Below, piece after piece: positions 1 through 10,168 of a stretch of DNA of 64,000 bases; positions within the stretch are counted from its first letter, which is position 1; each line of letters starts with the position of its first letter. The translations under genes were made by a program, and so were the position numbers. Source of the DNA: Eubacteriales bacterium. GTDB taxonomy: Bacteria; Bacillota; Clostridia; Oscillospirales; CAG-272. A model generated the notes under the pieces. The model searched no databases, was not told the origin of the DNA, and saw nothing but the letters and a program-made list of their open reading frames with translations. Location of the stretch: NCBI GenBank assembly GCA_045543015.1, contig JAZQLY010000002.1, positions 17,382 to 81,381 of the forward strand, read 5' to 3'.

Positions 1-522
1 CTGTATCCTGCAGCCGCGATCACCAAGGAAAAAACACCCGCGCTGTTTGATGCGGCAGCTGTTTCGCTGCAGCGGCGTCTTGAAAACGGCGGCGGCCACA
101 CAGGCTGGAGCAATGCATGGCTCATTTGCTTCTATGCGCGTCTCCTGAAGGGTGATCAGGCGCACGTCATGCTGCGCAATCTGTTCCAAAAGGGTACCTA
201 TCGTAACCTCTTTGATCACCACCCCACCGTCTTTTTCCAAATGGATGGGAACCACGGCGCAACGGCCGGCATAGCCGAGCTGCTGATGCAGAGCCACGAG
301 GAATGCATCGCCATACTTCCCGCATTGCCCTCACAATGGAAAACCGGCTCGTTCTGCGGCTTCCGCGCACGCGGTGGCTTTATCATTGATGCCGCATGGC
401 AGAACGGCAAATTAACAAAGGTCTCCGTTCGTTCGCTCCTCGGTCAACGCCTTTCTATCCGGCTTAACGGCCAACGGATCGAGCAGGATACCGAGGCTGG
501 GAAAATCTATCAATTGCTTTAA
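1..522 (+). CDS. Glycoside hydrolase family 95 (alpha-L-fucosidase-like), C-terminal fragment; 5' end outside window
   Basis: Frame 1 is open from nt 1 to the TAA at 520-522. The tail (GGGHTGWSNAW..FQMDGNHGATAGIAELLMQSH..LPALPSQW..GFRARGGF) looks like the conserved GH95 C-terminal region. Confidence 0.75.
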   Translation: MYPAAAITKEKTPALFDAAAVSLQRRLENGGGHTGWSNAWLICFYARLLKGDQAHVMLRNLFQKGTYRNLFDHHPTVFFQMDGNHGATAGIAELLMQSHEECIAILPALPSQWKTGSFCGFRARGGFIIDAAWQNGKLTKVSVRSLLGQRLSIRLNGQRIEQDTEAGKIYQLL

Positions 523-560
523 AACAAAAAAGGCAGAGAGTTTTCTCTGCCTTTTTTGTT
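522..560. terminator. Bidirectional intrinsic terminator between convergent genes
   Basis: AGGCAGAG/CTCTGCCT stem (531-552) flanked by an A-run and a T-run. Confidence 0.8.
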
Positions 561-1691
561 TTATTTGATGATCAACAGGGAATCCTGATTTGCCAGATCC
601 AAAAGCCCGATATAGGTCTTTCCACGGTTCATCAGGATGGGATCACCGTTGAGATCGGTGATCTGCAAAGCACCGCTATCACTTCTCGACCACTGGACAT
701 CAATGCACGTGCCGTTTGAAATGTATTGACCGCGGCCTCCGTTTTCGGTGTTCAATTCAAAAACCGTGCCGGTTACCTTATTGTGAATGGCACTCTCGCA
801 GGTCAACAGCAACAGATTTGTAAAGGAAAGCGGCTCTGCTGCTTCGCCCTCCTGGGGTGTTGCGTTTTTTGAACAAATATAGATCTGCTTTGTTTTATCA
901 TAGGAGAATTGCGTTACCTGGTTGATGGCATATGGAATCACAACGCCGCTGGCCGGCTTGTCTCCTACAACAGAAGACGTGCCGTAGGGTAAAAATTCAC
1001 ATGGCAGGGAAGCACTGCTTTTTTCAAAATTCTCCAGGGCGCCGATCAAACGGGTGCCGGAGGTAAACAGCTTGTCCGGAAAGTCCTCGGTTCGGTAGAA
1101 AACGGTAGAAAGCCCCTCTTTTGCGTAATCGATTACGGGGAAAGCGTATTCCGCTGCCGAGCCAAGCAACTGGTCACTTGACCCTGCACACACAGAAACT
1201 GCGCCAAGTGAGGAGGAGAATGAGAGCAGATACGGGCGTGACACGCCGATCGCGCCCAATTGCGACATGGCTTGATATGTACAGGTCACGGCGGTCAATT
1301 TCGTTTTTCCGTTTTCTGCCGGCGCCTCTATCAAAATTTCTGATTGACCGAGGCCGGCAGCTGACATTGCTTCGTTTGTGTCTCCCAAACAAACAGCAAC
1401 AGGGCGGACGAGAGACAGATCGATCTCAGACGCCAGCCCTGTTAGCGGATTGTAGTAAAGCGGCATGCTTGGCTTGTCCTCTTTGATCTCTTCATCTGAC
1501 GGTGGCTTTTGTGAATTTCCGGCGTCGGTATCTTCCGGTTGAATGATCGTTTCGTCATCAACTTTCTGGTCACGGTCAAAAATGAGAGATCGAAGTGAGC
1601 AGCCTGACATGCTTAAGGATGCTACTACTAAAATTGCAGACAATATACCCGTCGCGCATCTGTAAGCCGCTTTTTTGTTCAGCGACTTCAT
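561..1691 (-). CDS. DUF3048-family lipoprotein (YerB-like)
   Basis: Signal peptide with lipobox (LSMSGC). PLYYNPLTGL..RPVAVCLGD pattern is typical of DUF3048. AAGGAGG SD upstream. Confidence 0.7.
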   Translation of the reverse strand: MKSLNKKAAYRCATGILSAILVVASLSMSGCSLRSLIFDRDQKVDDETIIQPEDTDAGNSQKPPSDEEIKEDKPSMPLYYNPLTGLASEIDLSLVRPVAVCLGDTNEAMSAAGLGQSEILIEAPAENGKTKLTAVTCTYQAMSQLGAIGVSRPYLLSFSSSLGAVSVCAGSSDQLLGSAAEYAFPVIDYAKEGLSTVFYRTEDFPDKLFTSGTRLIGALENFEKSSASLPCEFLPYGTSSVVGDKPASGVVIPYAINQVTQFSYDKTKQIYICSKNATPQEGEAAEPLSFTNLLLLTCESAIHNKVTGTVFELNTENGGRGQYISNGTCIDVQWSRSDSGALQITDLNGDPILMNRGKTYIGLLDLANQDSLLIIK

Positions 1692-1738
1692 TGGATACCT
1701 CCTTGGGTTATAAAACCGCTATTTTGTTTTTTCTCGGT

Positions 1739-2035
1739 TTATACGCGATTTGCGCGCTCCAGCCATGCGCTGCCGAGATCCAGCGCCTCATAAAGTCCAT
1801 CTGCCATGCCTTGCTTTTCTACCTTCTGGCTGCCGTTGGTGGGTAAGATCTGTACCATTACCTTGCCGGGAACCTTTGCATGGAGCTTGCTGTCCTCTTT
1901 GTAATTCATGATCATCATAAAGAGAATAAACTTGTCAGACATGTTGCCGTAATACAATTCGTTATCCTGTCGAACAAGGGGCTTACCTTTATATTCCAAA
2001 AATTTACCCTTGATTCCGATCGTAGTCTCTGCCAT
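1739..2035 (-). CDS. Hypothetical small protein (98 aa)
   Basis: AAAGGAG SD 8 nt upstream of the ATG. Same strand as its neighbours. No family recognised. Confidence 0.55.
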   Translation of the reverse strand: MAETTIGIKGKFLEYKGKPLVRQDNELYYGNMSDKFILFMMIMNYKEDSKLHAKVPGKVMVQILPTNGSQKVEKQGMADGLYEALDLGSAWLERANRV

Positions 2036-2083
2036 GTGAGTACTCCTTTCCGTGTGGCTTCAAACGTTTGTAAGAATATGATA

Positions 2084-3349
2084 CTATATTTTTTCCAAAA
2101 TGTCAATAGTTTGTCCAACAGAAGATGTCGACAACTTTTCTGCCGTTTCGCGGTACGGGCTGTATCGAAACTCGTCGCTCGGGCGGGAAGGGCGTTCTAA
2201 CAAGGCGCAATAAACAGAATCGGCACGAACGGAAGCCTGCTCTTCCCACGGAAGCGCATTGATCGCAGAGGGGCGGTTGAAAACGGGAATGGTAGCCGTT
2301 TTCCGGCTGACGGACAGTACCTCGCGCCCACGTTCGTTGAATGCCAGGATCTGCGTATAGGCGGGCGGGGCATTCAGCTGCGCCCGCGTGATGCCAAAGA
2401 CACCGTAGATCAACGCACGGCGTAAATAGGCATCGGTATGCTTTTTAGAACGCAGCGACGCAAAGAACGTAGCAGGCGTATCGCACGCCTGTGCTGCTTG
2501 CAAAATACGGAAGCCAAGACCACCTGCCATCCCGTCGCAAAGCAAAAGCTGCTCCGGACTGCAATTCCGATAAAACATAAGGCAATAGGAAAGCCATCTG
2601 TCATCCGCTGACAAAAACCTTCCATCCGCCATCGCCTGGCGTAGGATCGGCGCGATATTCTTCGGCAGCTTTGACAAGACCCCCTCTCGCTCGTCAGGGC
2701 GGAGCAAGCCGGCTCTTGCCACGCTGGCAGAGCTGATCGGTTCACCTGCATCGGCATGTGTGGTATCGTGCCGCATACCAACGCGCGAAAAGGTCAAAGG
2801 ACGAATGCTGCTGCTTTTTCGCATCAAGGCACGAATGTATTCTACCCCCAGCACGTTGTTCGGTTCGCGCAGCAGCCTACCGTCCGGCGTGCCGTACACA
2901 TTGTTAAAGACGGTCGTGATCTTTTCCGCGCAGCCCGTGCGTTCGGCCAACGCCTCATAGGCAGAGGCAAACGCAGGAGACTCTAATTTTTCAGCAAGTG
3001 CGGCGAGGGACGCAATATCGCCGCATTCGCTGCCAAAAAACAGGCTATCCACGCAGCCAAGGGCGGCGGCAATATGTACGCCTGCATTGGCAAACCGCTC
3101 CGCCCCTGCGCAGGAATAGGGAAAGGGCAGCTCCAAAACGAGATCGGCACCGCCGCGCAGGGCGCATTGTGCGCGGATCTGTTTGGGGAACATGGCAGGC
3201 TCACCGCGTTGTGTGAAATTGCCGCTCATGATCGCCACGATGGCGGTGTCCTCTCCTTCCGAAAGGCGCAGGCTGCGCAAGAGCGCTTCATGCCCCCCGT
3301 GAAAAGGGTTATATTCACAAATGACGGCGGCTATCTTTCGTTTTTTCAT
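2084..3349 (-). CDS. tmcAL: tRNA(Met) cytidine acetate ligase (UPF0348/YlbM family nucleotidyltransferase)
   Basis: N-terminal VICEYNPFHGGH nucleotidyltransferase motif; length and overall pattern fit YlbM/TmcAL. Confidence 0.8.
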   Translation of the reverse strand: MKKRKIAAVICEYNPFHGGHEALLRSLRLSEGEDTAIVAIMSGNFTQRGEPAMFPKQIRAQCALRGGADLVLELPFPYSCAGAERFANAGVHIAAALGCVDSLFFGSECGDIASLAALAEKLESPAFASAYEALAERTGCAEKITTVFNNVYGTPDGRLLREPNNVLGVEYIRALMRKSSSIRPLTFSRVGMRHDTTHADAGEPISSASVARAGLLRPDEREGVLSKLPKNIAPILRQAMADGRFLSADDRWLSYCLMFYRNCSPEQLLLCDGMAGGLGFRILQAAQACDTPATFFASLRSKKHTDAYLRRALIYGVFGITRAQLNAPPAYTQILAFNERGREVLSVSRKTATIPVFNRPSAINALPWEEQASVRADSVYCALLERPSRPSDEFRYSPYRETAEKLSTSSVGQTIDILEKI

Positions 3350-3386
3350 CTTTTTTTCCTAATACGTCCTTTTTTTGAAAAAAATC

Positions 3387-3415
3387 TTGCAATTGGGGAA
3401 GAAATGTTTTATAAT
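3387..3415 (+). promoter_or_regulatory. SigA-type promoter of ackA
   Basis: TTGCAA (3387-92), 17-nt spacer, TATAAT (3410-15). Confidence 0.7.
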
Positions 3416-3451
3416 ATAGCGGTAAGAAATATTCATTTTTGGAGGATTTGT

Positions 3452-4678
3452 ATGAACGTTTTGGTTGTAAACGCGGGCAGCAGCTCCTTGAAGTATCAGC
3501 TGTTTGATACCGCAAACAATGTTGTTGTAGCCAAGGGTCTGTGCGAGAGAATCGGCATCAACGGTGAAAGCACCATCGGTGCGATCGCACACACCAACCT
3601 GCTGAACAAGAAAGAGTATAAGGCAGAGCTTCCCATGGCCAATCACACGGTTGCCACGAAGTACGTTGTAGAGGCATTGCTGGATGCCGAGCACGGCTGT
3701 GTGAAGAGCATGGATGAGATTGAGGCCGTTGGTCACCGCATCGTACATGGCGGCTCTTATTTCTCGGAGTCTGTTTTGCTGAACGATGACGTGCTGGCAA
3801 AGCTGGAGCTTTGTCGCGATCTGGCACCGCTGCACACGCCCGCTCACATTCAGGGCATTCACGGCTGCCTGGACGTTATGCCCAACACGCCGCAGGTTTT
3901 GGTATTTGATACTGCCTTCCATCAGACGATGCCGGCTGAGGCTTATATGTATGGTATCTCCTACGATCTGTACGAGAAATACGCCCTGCGCCGCTACGGC
4001 TTCCACGGCACCTCGCACCGCTACGTATCCGGCGAGATGCTGAAGATCCTCGGCAAGACGGAGGGGACCAAGATCGTGACCTGCCACCTGGGCAACGGCT
4101 CTTCTATTTCCGCCATCAAGGATGGCAAGGTAATGGATACCACCATGGGCTTTACGCCTCTTGCCGGCGTTTTGATGGGCACGCGCTGCGGTGATATGGA
4201 CCCCGCGATCGTTCCGTTCATCATGAGCAAGGAAAATATGAACGCCGATGAGGTAAACGCCTATCTGAACAAAAAATGCGGTCTGCTGGGTGTATCCGGC
4301 GTTTCTTCCGACTGCCGCGACGTTACCGCAGCCATTGAGGCAGGGAACGAGCGCGCCAAGCTGGCAATGAACATGCTGGGCTACCAGATCAAGAAGTATA
4401 TCGGCTCCTATACGGCTGCTATGGGCGGCTTGGATGCCATCGTATTTACCGCCGGCATTGGTGAAAACACCGCCTCGATCCGTGAGCTGGCTTGCGCCGA
4501 CCTGGAGTATCTTGGCGTTGAGTTTGATAAGGACGCAAACAATTCCGTTTCCCGCCCGGTCAAAACGACCTGTCTGAGCAAGGATGGCTCTCGCGTAAAG
4601 GTTTACATCATCCCGACCAACGAAGAGCTTGTGATCGCATCGGATACCGAAAATCTCGTAAAAGCAATCAAGAAATAA
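3452..4678 (+). CDS. ackA: Acetate kinase
   Basis: MNVLVVNAGSSSLKYQLF start with GGAGGA SD at 3441-46; conserved through GFHGTSH and TNEE. The 534-aa ORF-track entry is an upstream out-of-context extension. Confidence 0.95.
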   Translation: MNVLVVNAGSSSLKYQLFDTANNVVVAKGLCERIGINGESTIGAIAHTNLLNKKEYKAELPMANHTVATKYVVEALLDAEHGCVKSMDEIEAVGHRIVHGGSYFSESVLLNDDVLAKLELCRDLAPLHTPAHIQGIHGCLDVMPNTPQVLVFDTAFHQTMPAEAYMYGISYDLYEKYALRRYGFHGTSHRYVSGEMLKILGKTEGTKIVTCHLGNGSSISAIKDGKVMDTTMGFTPLAGVLMGTRCGDMDPAIVPFIMSKENMNADEVNAYLNKKCGLLGVSGVSSDCRDVTAAIEAGNERAKLAMNMLGYQIKKYIGSYTAAMGGLDAIVFTAGIGENTASIRELACADLEYLGVEFDKDANNSVSRPVKTTCLSKDGSRVKVYIIPTNEELVIASDTENLVKAIKK

Positions 4679-4691
4679 GACACACGAAAAA

Positions 4692-4718
4692 TGTCGGCGA
4701 CCTTGTCGCCGGCATTTT
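4692..4718 (+). terminator. Intrinsic terminator after ackA
   Basis: 10-bp stem TGTCGGCGAC/GTCGCCGGCA with loop CTT, then TTTT. Confidence 0.8.
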
Positions 4719-4789
4719 CATTATGGAAAACGCTGAAACTATCATATCACAAAACAGGTCGCTTGTCAACCGCGATCCTGCTTTTCAGA

Positions 4790-5866
4790 TCAAAACAGTT
4801 GGTCGAGAATGCGCCAGGTTATGCTTTGCACGCATTTTTCCTTCTTATCAAAATCCATAGCACCGCCGTAGATCTCCTCCAAAGCGAAATGATAGGTTCC
4901 CGCATGCTGCAGATGCTCCACGGCAGTATCTGTCAACTGTTCATGCAAGGCTGTAAGCCTTCGCAAGGCGGGGCGCCGTTGAACGGTTTCGTTCTTTTTT
5001 ATAAAGCGTTTCATGTTGATATGCTTGCTTTCGCCTCGATCTATCAAAAATGCAATGTTATCATTCGGCAGATAGATGCCATCCGTTCGTTCATCATCAT
5101 AACAAGAGGGGATAAGAACGTAAGAACAGGCATTTTCGTGCCGCAATGCATCCCGCATGGCGTTCAAATAAAAGCGCCCGCTGCACAAATAATCGTCTAC
5201 GCATATGATCTCTGTGGAAACAGGCAGCGAAGAAAAGCGAAGCTTGCCACGCATGCTGCAAGCATCGTAATAGCGCAGCTGCTCACCCGGCAACCGTGTG
5301 CGCGCCAAGGACCGCAAGGTACGGCCGATGCTCTTGTTCACTTTTTCATGATCTACGCAGTCAAAAAGCAGCTCTGTTAATAGCTTATCTACAGCCCCCG
5401 CCAAGGATAAATACCGATAGGCCATCTGATATTCGGTACTTTTTTCTTGGCAGAGCCGCATAATCTCGTCTCGCTGTTCCTTCAGGCATCCCTGATCCCA
5501 AAACGCGCCCAGGTTAACAAGCTCATCCGCAACGCCGGGCAGCTCCGTGCAGCGCGTGTGGGGGGCCGTTCCATCCAGAACGGCAATTTTTTTATCCTTA
5601 TTCTTCAAAATAACACCGTCTAACGAAGAAGGGTCGGAGGAGCAGTAAATGTAATCCACCTGCCCGCCTTGCGCTTCTACCCTTTGCGCGATCTCCTGCA
5701 TCATGCGGTTTTTGCCCGTCCCGGGCCCACCCTTAATGATATAGACGTGTGTATACAGGGCAGCACGAAAAACCGCATCATATCGCGAACGGAAGCCGGT
5801 ATAGCCGTTTGCCGCAATGAAATACGAGTTTTCCTTTTTTCGCACCTCTGTCATTTCTCTCAACAA
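4790..5866 (-). CDS. P-loop NTPase of unknown function (PRK06851-like)
   Basis: Walker A GGPGTGKN. TTG start 6 nt after a GGAGG SD. Longer and better supported than the overlapping + strand ORF. Confidence 0.7.
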   Translation of the reverse strand: MLREMTEVRKKENSYFIAANGYTGFRSRYDAVFRAALYTHVYIIKGGPGTGKNRMMQEIAQRVEAQGGQVDYIYCSSDPSSLDGVILKNKDKKIAVLDGTAPHTRCTELPGVADELVNLGAFWDQGCLKEQRDEIMRLCQEKSTEYQMAYRYLSLAGAVDKLLTELLFDCVDHEKVNKSIGRTLRSLARTRLPGEQLRYYDACSMRGKLRFSSLPVSTEIICVDDYLCSGRFYLNAMRDALRHENACSYVLIPSCYDDERTDGIYLPNDNIAFLIDRGESKHINMKRFIKKNETVQRRPALRRLTALHEQLTDTAVEHLQHAGTYHFALEEIYGGAMDFDKKEKCVQSITWRILDQLF

Positions 5867-5933
5867 AGCCTACCTCCTTTTGTAAAATTCATTGTCATTC
5901 TATGCTTTTTCCCAAACTTTGGTTATTTCTTCC

Positions 5934-5962
5934 TTGACAAAAGAAAAGGGATGTAATATAAT
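5934..5962 (+). promoter_or_regulatory. Consensus SigA promoter of coaE
   Basis: TTGACA (5934-39), 17-nt spacer, TATAAT (5957-62). Confidence 0.75.
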
Positions 5963-5999
5963 ATATTGTAAGTATTTTCTCTGCAAAGGAGGGAAGACT

Positions 6000-6623
6000 A
6001 TGCTCGTTATTGGTGTAACCGGCGGCAGCGGGTGCGGCAAAAGCCTCTTTTGCCAGCATCTTGGCAGACTGAACCAAGCACCGATCCTGGATGCAGACCG
6101 CCTATATCATGAGCTGATCAGCGCCCCCTCGGCCTGTACGGCTGCATTGGCAGAGGCGTTCGGCAGTGATATTCTTAACCAAGACGGTAGCTTGAACCGG
6201 CCGTCACTTGCCGCTATCGTTTTTGCCAACACACCGGCAGCGAAAGACCGGCTGGCGCAACTAAACGAGATCACACACCGCTTTGTGCGCATGGCGTTTG
6301 AGCAGCGGTTACAAGATTGCAAAAAGCAGAACGTCCCGCTCGTCATATTAGACGTTCCACTTCTGTTTGAGGCAGAGTTTGATCAGCTGTGTCATCATAC
6401 GGTCGGCGTTCTTGCCGAGCAGGAGACAAGACTTTTGCGCATTATGGAGAGAGATCGCATTGACCGTGACGCCGCACTTCGCCGCTTACGCGCCCAGCCA
6501 TCTGATACATATTACAGGGAGCGTTGCGACATCATCGTTTACAACAACGGTGACATCGATGACATATGCAAGGCGGCCGTCAAGGTCATGCAAAAATTGA
6601 ACATAAGATACGATTCAAAATAA
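6000..6623 (+). CDS. coaE: Dephospho-CoA kinase
   Basis: MLVIGVTGGSGCGKS P-loop start preceded by AAAGGAGGGAAG. Upstream part of the track ORF has no support. Confidence 0.9.
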   Translation: MLVIGVTGGSGCGKSLFCQHLGRLNQAPILDADRLYHELISAPSACTAALAEAFGSDILNQDGSLNRPSLAAIVFANTPAAKDRLAQLNEITHRFVRMAFEQRLQDCKKQNVPLVILDVPLLFEAEFDQLCHHTVGVLAEQETRLLRIMERDRIDRDAALRRLRAQPSDTYYRERCDIIVYNNGDIDDICKAAVKVMQKLNIRYDSK

Positions 6624-6635
6624 AGGAGAAAGAAC

Positions 6636-8033
6636 ATGAGCGAAAAAACAATTGGCCAGGAAAGAGCAGAAGAGCTTTCCTATGTGAAGAAAAACGTATT
6701 TGAGGCTTACGATGCTGAAAAGATCGAAAAGATCTTTGCATATGCCGAGGGGTACAAGCAGTTTTTGGATGATGCCAAAACCGAAAGAGAGGCCGTGCGC
6801 TGTGGCATTGCCATGGCAGAGGCCGCCGGCTTTTCGGCCTACACGCTTGGCGAGGAATTGAAGCCGGGTGATTGCCGGTATTATAACAACAGAGACAAGA
6901 ATCTGTTTATTTTCCGCATAGGTGAAGAGGATCTTGAAAAGGACGGCATTCGCATTCTTGCCGCGCATATCGATTCTCCCCGCCTTGATCTGAAGCAGAA
7001 CCCGCTTTATGAGGACAGCGGCATGAGCTTTTTCAAGACGCACTATTACGGCGGTATCAAAAAGTATCAGTGGACAGCCATCCCGCTCGCCCTGCACGGC
7101 GTTGTAATGACCGCAGACGGAAAAAGCGTAGATATTGTGATCGGTGAGGATGAAAATGATCCGGTATTCTATGTAAACGATCTGCTGCCGCACCTGGCAC
7201 ACGACCAGATGTCCAAGCCCATGTCTTCTGCCATCGCAGGCGAGTCGCTGAACATTTTGGTGGGCGGCGTTCCGTTTGCTGATGAAAAGGCAGACAGCAA
7301 GATCAAGCTGAACGTTCTGCACATTCTGAACGAAAAATACGGCATCAAGGAGGCAGATTTCATCAGCGCCGAGTTGAGTGCCGTGCCCGCTTTCCGCGCG
7401 CGGGATATTGGCTTTGACCGTGCCTTTATCGGCGCCTACGGCCATGATGACCGCGTTTGTGCCTATCCGGAAATGACTGCCATTTTCGAGACCCCGTCCA
7501 AGCACACCGTTATGTCGATCCTCGCAGATAAAGAGGAGGTCGGCAGCGCCGGTGTCAGCGGCATGCAGAACTGCTTCCTGAAGGATATGATCGATCTGAT
7601 CTGCGCCTCGCGCAAGGCAAATCCGATCCTGGTTCGCGCCAATTCCATCTGCCTCTCGGCCGATGTCAATGCCGCGTATGACCCCAATTTTGCTGACGTA
7701 TACGAGCGCAAGAACAGCGCCATGATCTCCTGCGGCACCACCATGTCGAAGTACACCGGTGCGCGCGGCAAGAGCGGCACGAGTGATGCCTCTGCCGAGT
7801 TTGTTGCAAGAGTGCGCCGCATGTTTGAAGAAAGCGGCGTGGCATGGCAGACCTCTGAGCTTGGCAAGGTAGATGCTGGTGGTGGCGGTACGGTAGCCAT
7901 GTTCTTGGCCAATATGAATATTGATACGGTCGATATGGGTGTGCCGGTTATTTCCATGCACGCGCCCTACGAGGTCGTTTCCAAGGCGGACGTATATACC
8001 ACGCACGAAGCATTCTGTGCGTTCTTGAAATAA
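6636..8033 (+). CDS. M18-family aminopeptidase
   Basis: AAHIDSPRLDLK and HYYGGIKKYQW motifs, 465 aa, AAGGAG SD. Confidence 0.85.
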   Translation: MSEKTIGQERAEELSYVKKNVFEAYDAEKIEKIFAYAEGYKQFLDDAKTEREAVRCGIAMAEAAGFSAYTLGEELKPGDCRYYNNRDKNLFIFRIGEEDLEKDGIRILAAHIDSPRLDLKQNPLYEDSGMSFFKTHYYGGIKKYQWTAIPLALHGVVMTADGKSVDIVIGEDENDPVFYVNDLLPHLAHDQMSKPMSSAIAGESLNILVGGVPFADEKADSKIKLNVLHILNEKYGIKEADFISAELSAVPAFRARDIGFDRAFIGAYGHDDRVCAYPEMTAIFETPSKHTVMSILADKEEVGSAGVSGMQNCFLKDMIDLICASRKANPILVRANSICLSADVNAAYDPNFADVYERKNSAMISCGTTMSKYTGARGKSGTSDASAEFVARVRRMFEESGVAWQTSELGKVDAGGGGTVAMFLANMNIDTVDMGVPVISMHAPYEVVSKADVYTTHEAFCAFLK

Positions 8034-8034
8034 T

Positions 8035-9114
8035 ATGCGCGATAAACTTGTTGGCATAGAAAACCGTTTTGAAGAAATTGACCAAAACCTGACGGCCGAG
8101 GATATTATTGCAGACCCGGAAAGGATGCGCCGCTTGCTGAAGGAGCGAAAAACGCTGGAGCCGATCGTGGAAGCGTTTCGTGACTTTTGCCGCATCGAAA
8201 AGGAGCTTTCAGAGGCAGAGGAGCTGGCGAACGATGCCGAGCTTGACGATGCCATGCGTCTGCTGGCGGAGGAGGAATGCAGCGTTTTGCGCACCTCCTT
8301 TGCCGACGTGCAAAGCAAGCTGAAAATACTGCTGCTGCCGCGGGATGAAAATGATGACAAAAACGTCATCATGGAGATCCGTGCCGGTGCAGGCGGGGAA
8401 GAGGCGGCACTTTTTGCAAGTGACCTGTACCGTATGTACAGCATGTACGCGGCAAACGAGGGGTGGAAGCTGGAGCCCATCAGCGAAAACGCGACCGAAC
8501 TGGGGGGATACCGCGAGATCTCTTTTATGGTAGTCGGAGAGGGGGCTTACGCCCGCTTGAAGTTTGAAAGCGGCGTACATCGCGTTCAGCGCGTCCCCAA
8601 AACCGAATCACAAGGACGCATTCAGACCTCCACCGTCACGGTAGCGGTGCTGCCGGAGGTAGAGGACGTGCAGATCACCATCAACCCCGCAGATTTAGAA
8701 ATCGAAACGCTGAAAAGCAGCGGCGCAGGCGGTCAGCACGTCAACAAGACTGAATCTGCCATTCGTATTTATCACAAGCCTACCGGTATCGTGGTATTCT
8801 GCCAGGAAGAACGAAGCCAAATGAAAAACCGGGACAAGGCAATGAAAATGCTGCGCGCCAAGCTATATGAGATCGAGCAGGAAAAGCAAACGGCAGACGT
8901 AACGGCAACGCGGCGCAGCCAGGTGGGAACCGGCGACCGTAGCGAAAAGATACGCACCTACAATTATCCGCAAAGCCGCGTGACCGATCACCGTATCGGC
9001 CTGACGCTGTATCAGCTTGACAGCATAATGAACGGCAACATTGCCGCGATCATTGATGCCTTGATAACGGCCGATACAGCCGAAAAAATGAGAGCAGGGG
9101 AAAATGAAAACTGA
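8035..9114 (+). CDS. prfA: Peptide chain release factor 1
   Basis: SGAGGQHVNKTESAIR (GGQ motif) and an RF1-type PxT region. Confidence 0.95.
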   Translation: MRDKLVGIENRFEEIDQNLTAEDIIADPERMRRLLKERKTLEPIVEAFRDFCRIEKELSEAEELANDAELDDAMRLLAEEECSVLRTSFADVQSKLKILLLPRDENDDKNVIMEIRAGAGGEEAALFASDLYRMYSMYAANEGWKLEPISENATELGGYREISFMVVGEGAYARLKFESGVHRVQRVPKTESQGRIQTSTVTVAVLPEVEDVQITINPADLEIETLKSSGAGGQHVNKTESAIRIYHKPTGIVVFCQEERSQMKNRDKAMKMLRAKLYEIEQEKQTADVTATRRSQVGTGDRSEKIRTYNYPQSRVTDHRIGLTLYQLDSIMNGNIAAIIDALITADTAEKMRAGENEN

Positions 9115-10153
9115 GATCGTTAACATAACAGACGTAAACGCTGCTGCCGAAAAACAAGCACTCAAGCGTGCGGGTGAGCTTTTGCGCAATGGCAAGCTGG
9201 TGGTTTTTCCAACCGAGACCGTATACGGCCTTGGAGCGGATGCAACCGATGCGCAAGCAGCCAAAAAAATTTATGCTGCTAAGGGCCGCCCGTCTGACAA
9301 CCCGTTGATCGTGCATGTCGCAGACCCGAAGGAGGCAGAAAAATACGCTGTTTTATCCCCCCGGTATCACCAATTGGCTGAGGCATTTATGCCCGGTCCG
9401 TTGACCGTTATCATGCCCGTAAAGGACACCGTTCCCAAGTCGGTAACGGCCGGTCTTTCTACCGTGGCCATCCGTTGCCCGGCGCACCCCGTTGCAAGAG
9501 CCATGCTGATAGAGGCCGGCATTCCCGTTGCCGCTCCTTCTGCCAATCTATCCGGCAGCCCGTCGCCCACCTGTGCCAAGCACGTCATGGATGATATGGA
9601 CGGCCGCGTAGACATGATCTTGGACGGCGGAGACTGTGAGATCGGCGTGGAATCCACGATCGTAAAGATCGAGGAGGACGAAACGCTGACGCTTCTGCGT
9701 CCCGGTGCGATCACAAAGGAAATGCTGGCATGCATAGCAGGGGAGATACATATTGCAGACGCCGTGCTTGGCATGCTGCCCGAGGGGGCGGTTGCTCTTT
9801 CACCCGGTATGAAATACCGTCACTACGCGCCAAAAGCCGCCCTGTACCTGTTAAAGGGAAGCACGGAACAAATAGTGACTTACATCCAGCGGCAGGAGGG
9901 AAAAATCGGCCTGCTTTGCTACGAAGAGGAGCGACCGCTTTTTGAGAGGGTGTTACCCGCCGACCATTGTTTTTCTTTGGGCAACCAGGCAAACCGCCTG
10001 CAGCAGGTGCAGCGGCTGTTCTATCTGCTGCGGGAGATGGACAAGCTGCAGTTTGATGTCATTTACGCACCACTACCGCCCACGGACGACATTGGCATGG
10101 CGCTATACAATCGCATGATCCGCGCTGCGGCGCATCACATCGTTTATTTATAA
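9104..10153 (+). CDS. tsaC: L-threonylcarbamoyladenylate synthase (Sua5/YwlC long form)
   Basis: VVFPTETVYGLGADA and SANLSGSPSPT motifs plus a Sua5 C-terminal domain. Overlaps the prfA stop by 11 nt. Confidence 0.9.
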   Translation: MKTEIVNITDVNAAAEKQALKRAGELLRNGKLVVFPTETVYGLGADATDAQAAKKIYAAKGRPSDNPLIVHVADPKEAEKYAVLSPRYHQLAEAFMPGPLTVIMPVKDTVPKSVTAGLSTVAIRCPAHPVARAMLIEAGIPVAAPSANLSGSPSPTCAKHVMDDMDGRVDMILDGGDCEIGVESTIVKIEEDETLTLLRPGAITKEMLACIAGEIHIADAVLGMLPEGAVALSPGMKYRHYAPKAALYLLKGSTEQIVTYIQRQEGKIGLLCYEEERPLFERVLPADHCFSLGNQANRLQQVQRLFYLLREMDKLQFDVIYAPLPPTDDIGMALYNRMIRAAAHHIVYL

Positions 10154-10168
10154 GTAAGGAATGAGGAT

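Noticed and set aside
3074-3451. N-terminal 126-codon extension of ackA in the ORF track
   Set aside because: It overlaps tmcAL on the opposite strand. The promoter (3387-3415) and the GGAGGA SD sit inside it, and the canonical MNVLVVNAGSSS start is at 3452.
6615-8480. 621-aa minus-strand ORF spanning the aminopeptidase and prfA loci
   Set aside because: Low-complexity, Ser/Ala/Arg-rich translation with no motifs, lying antisense to two genes with clear family signatures. It is a typical shadow ORF of GC-rich coding DNA.
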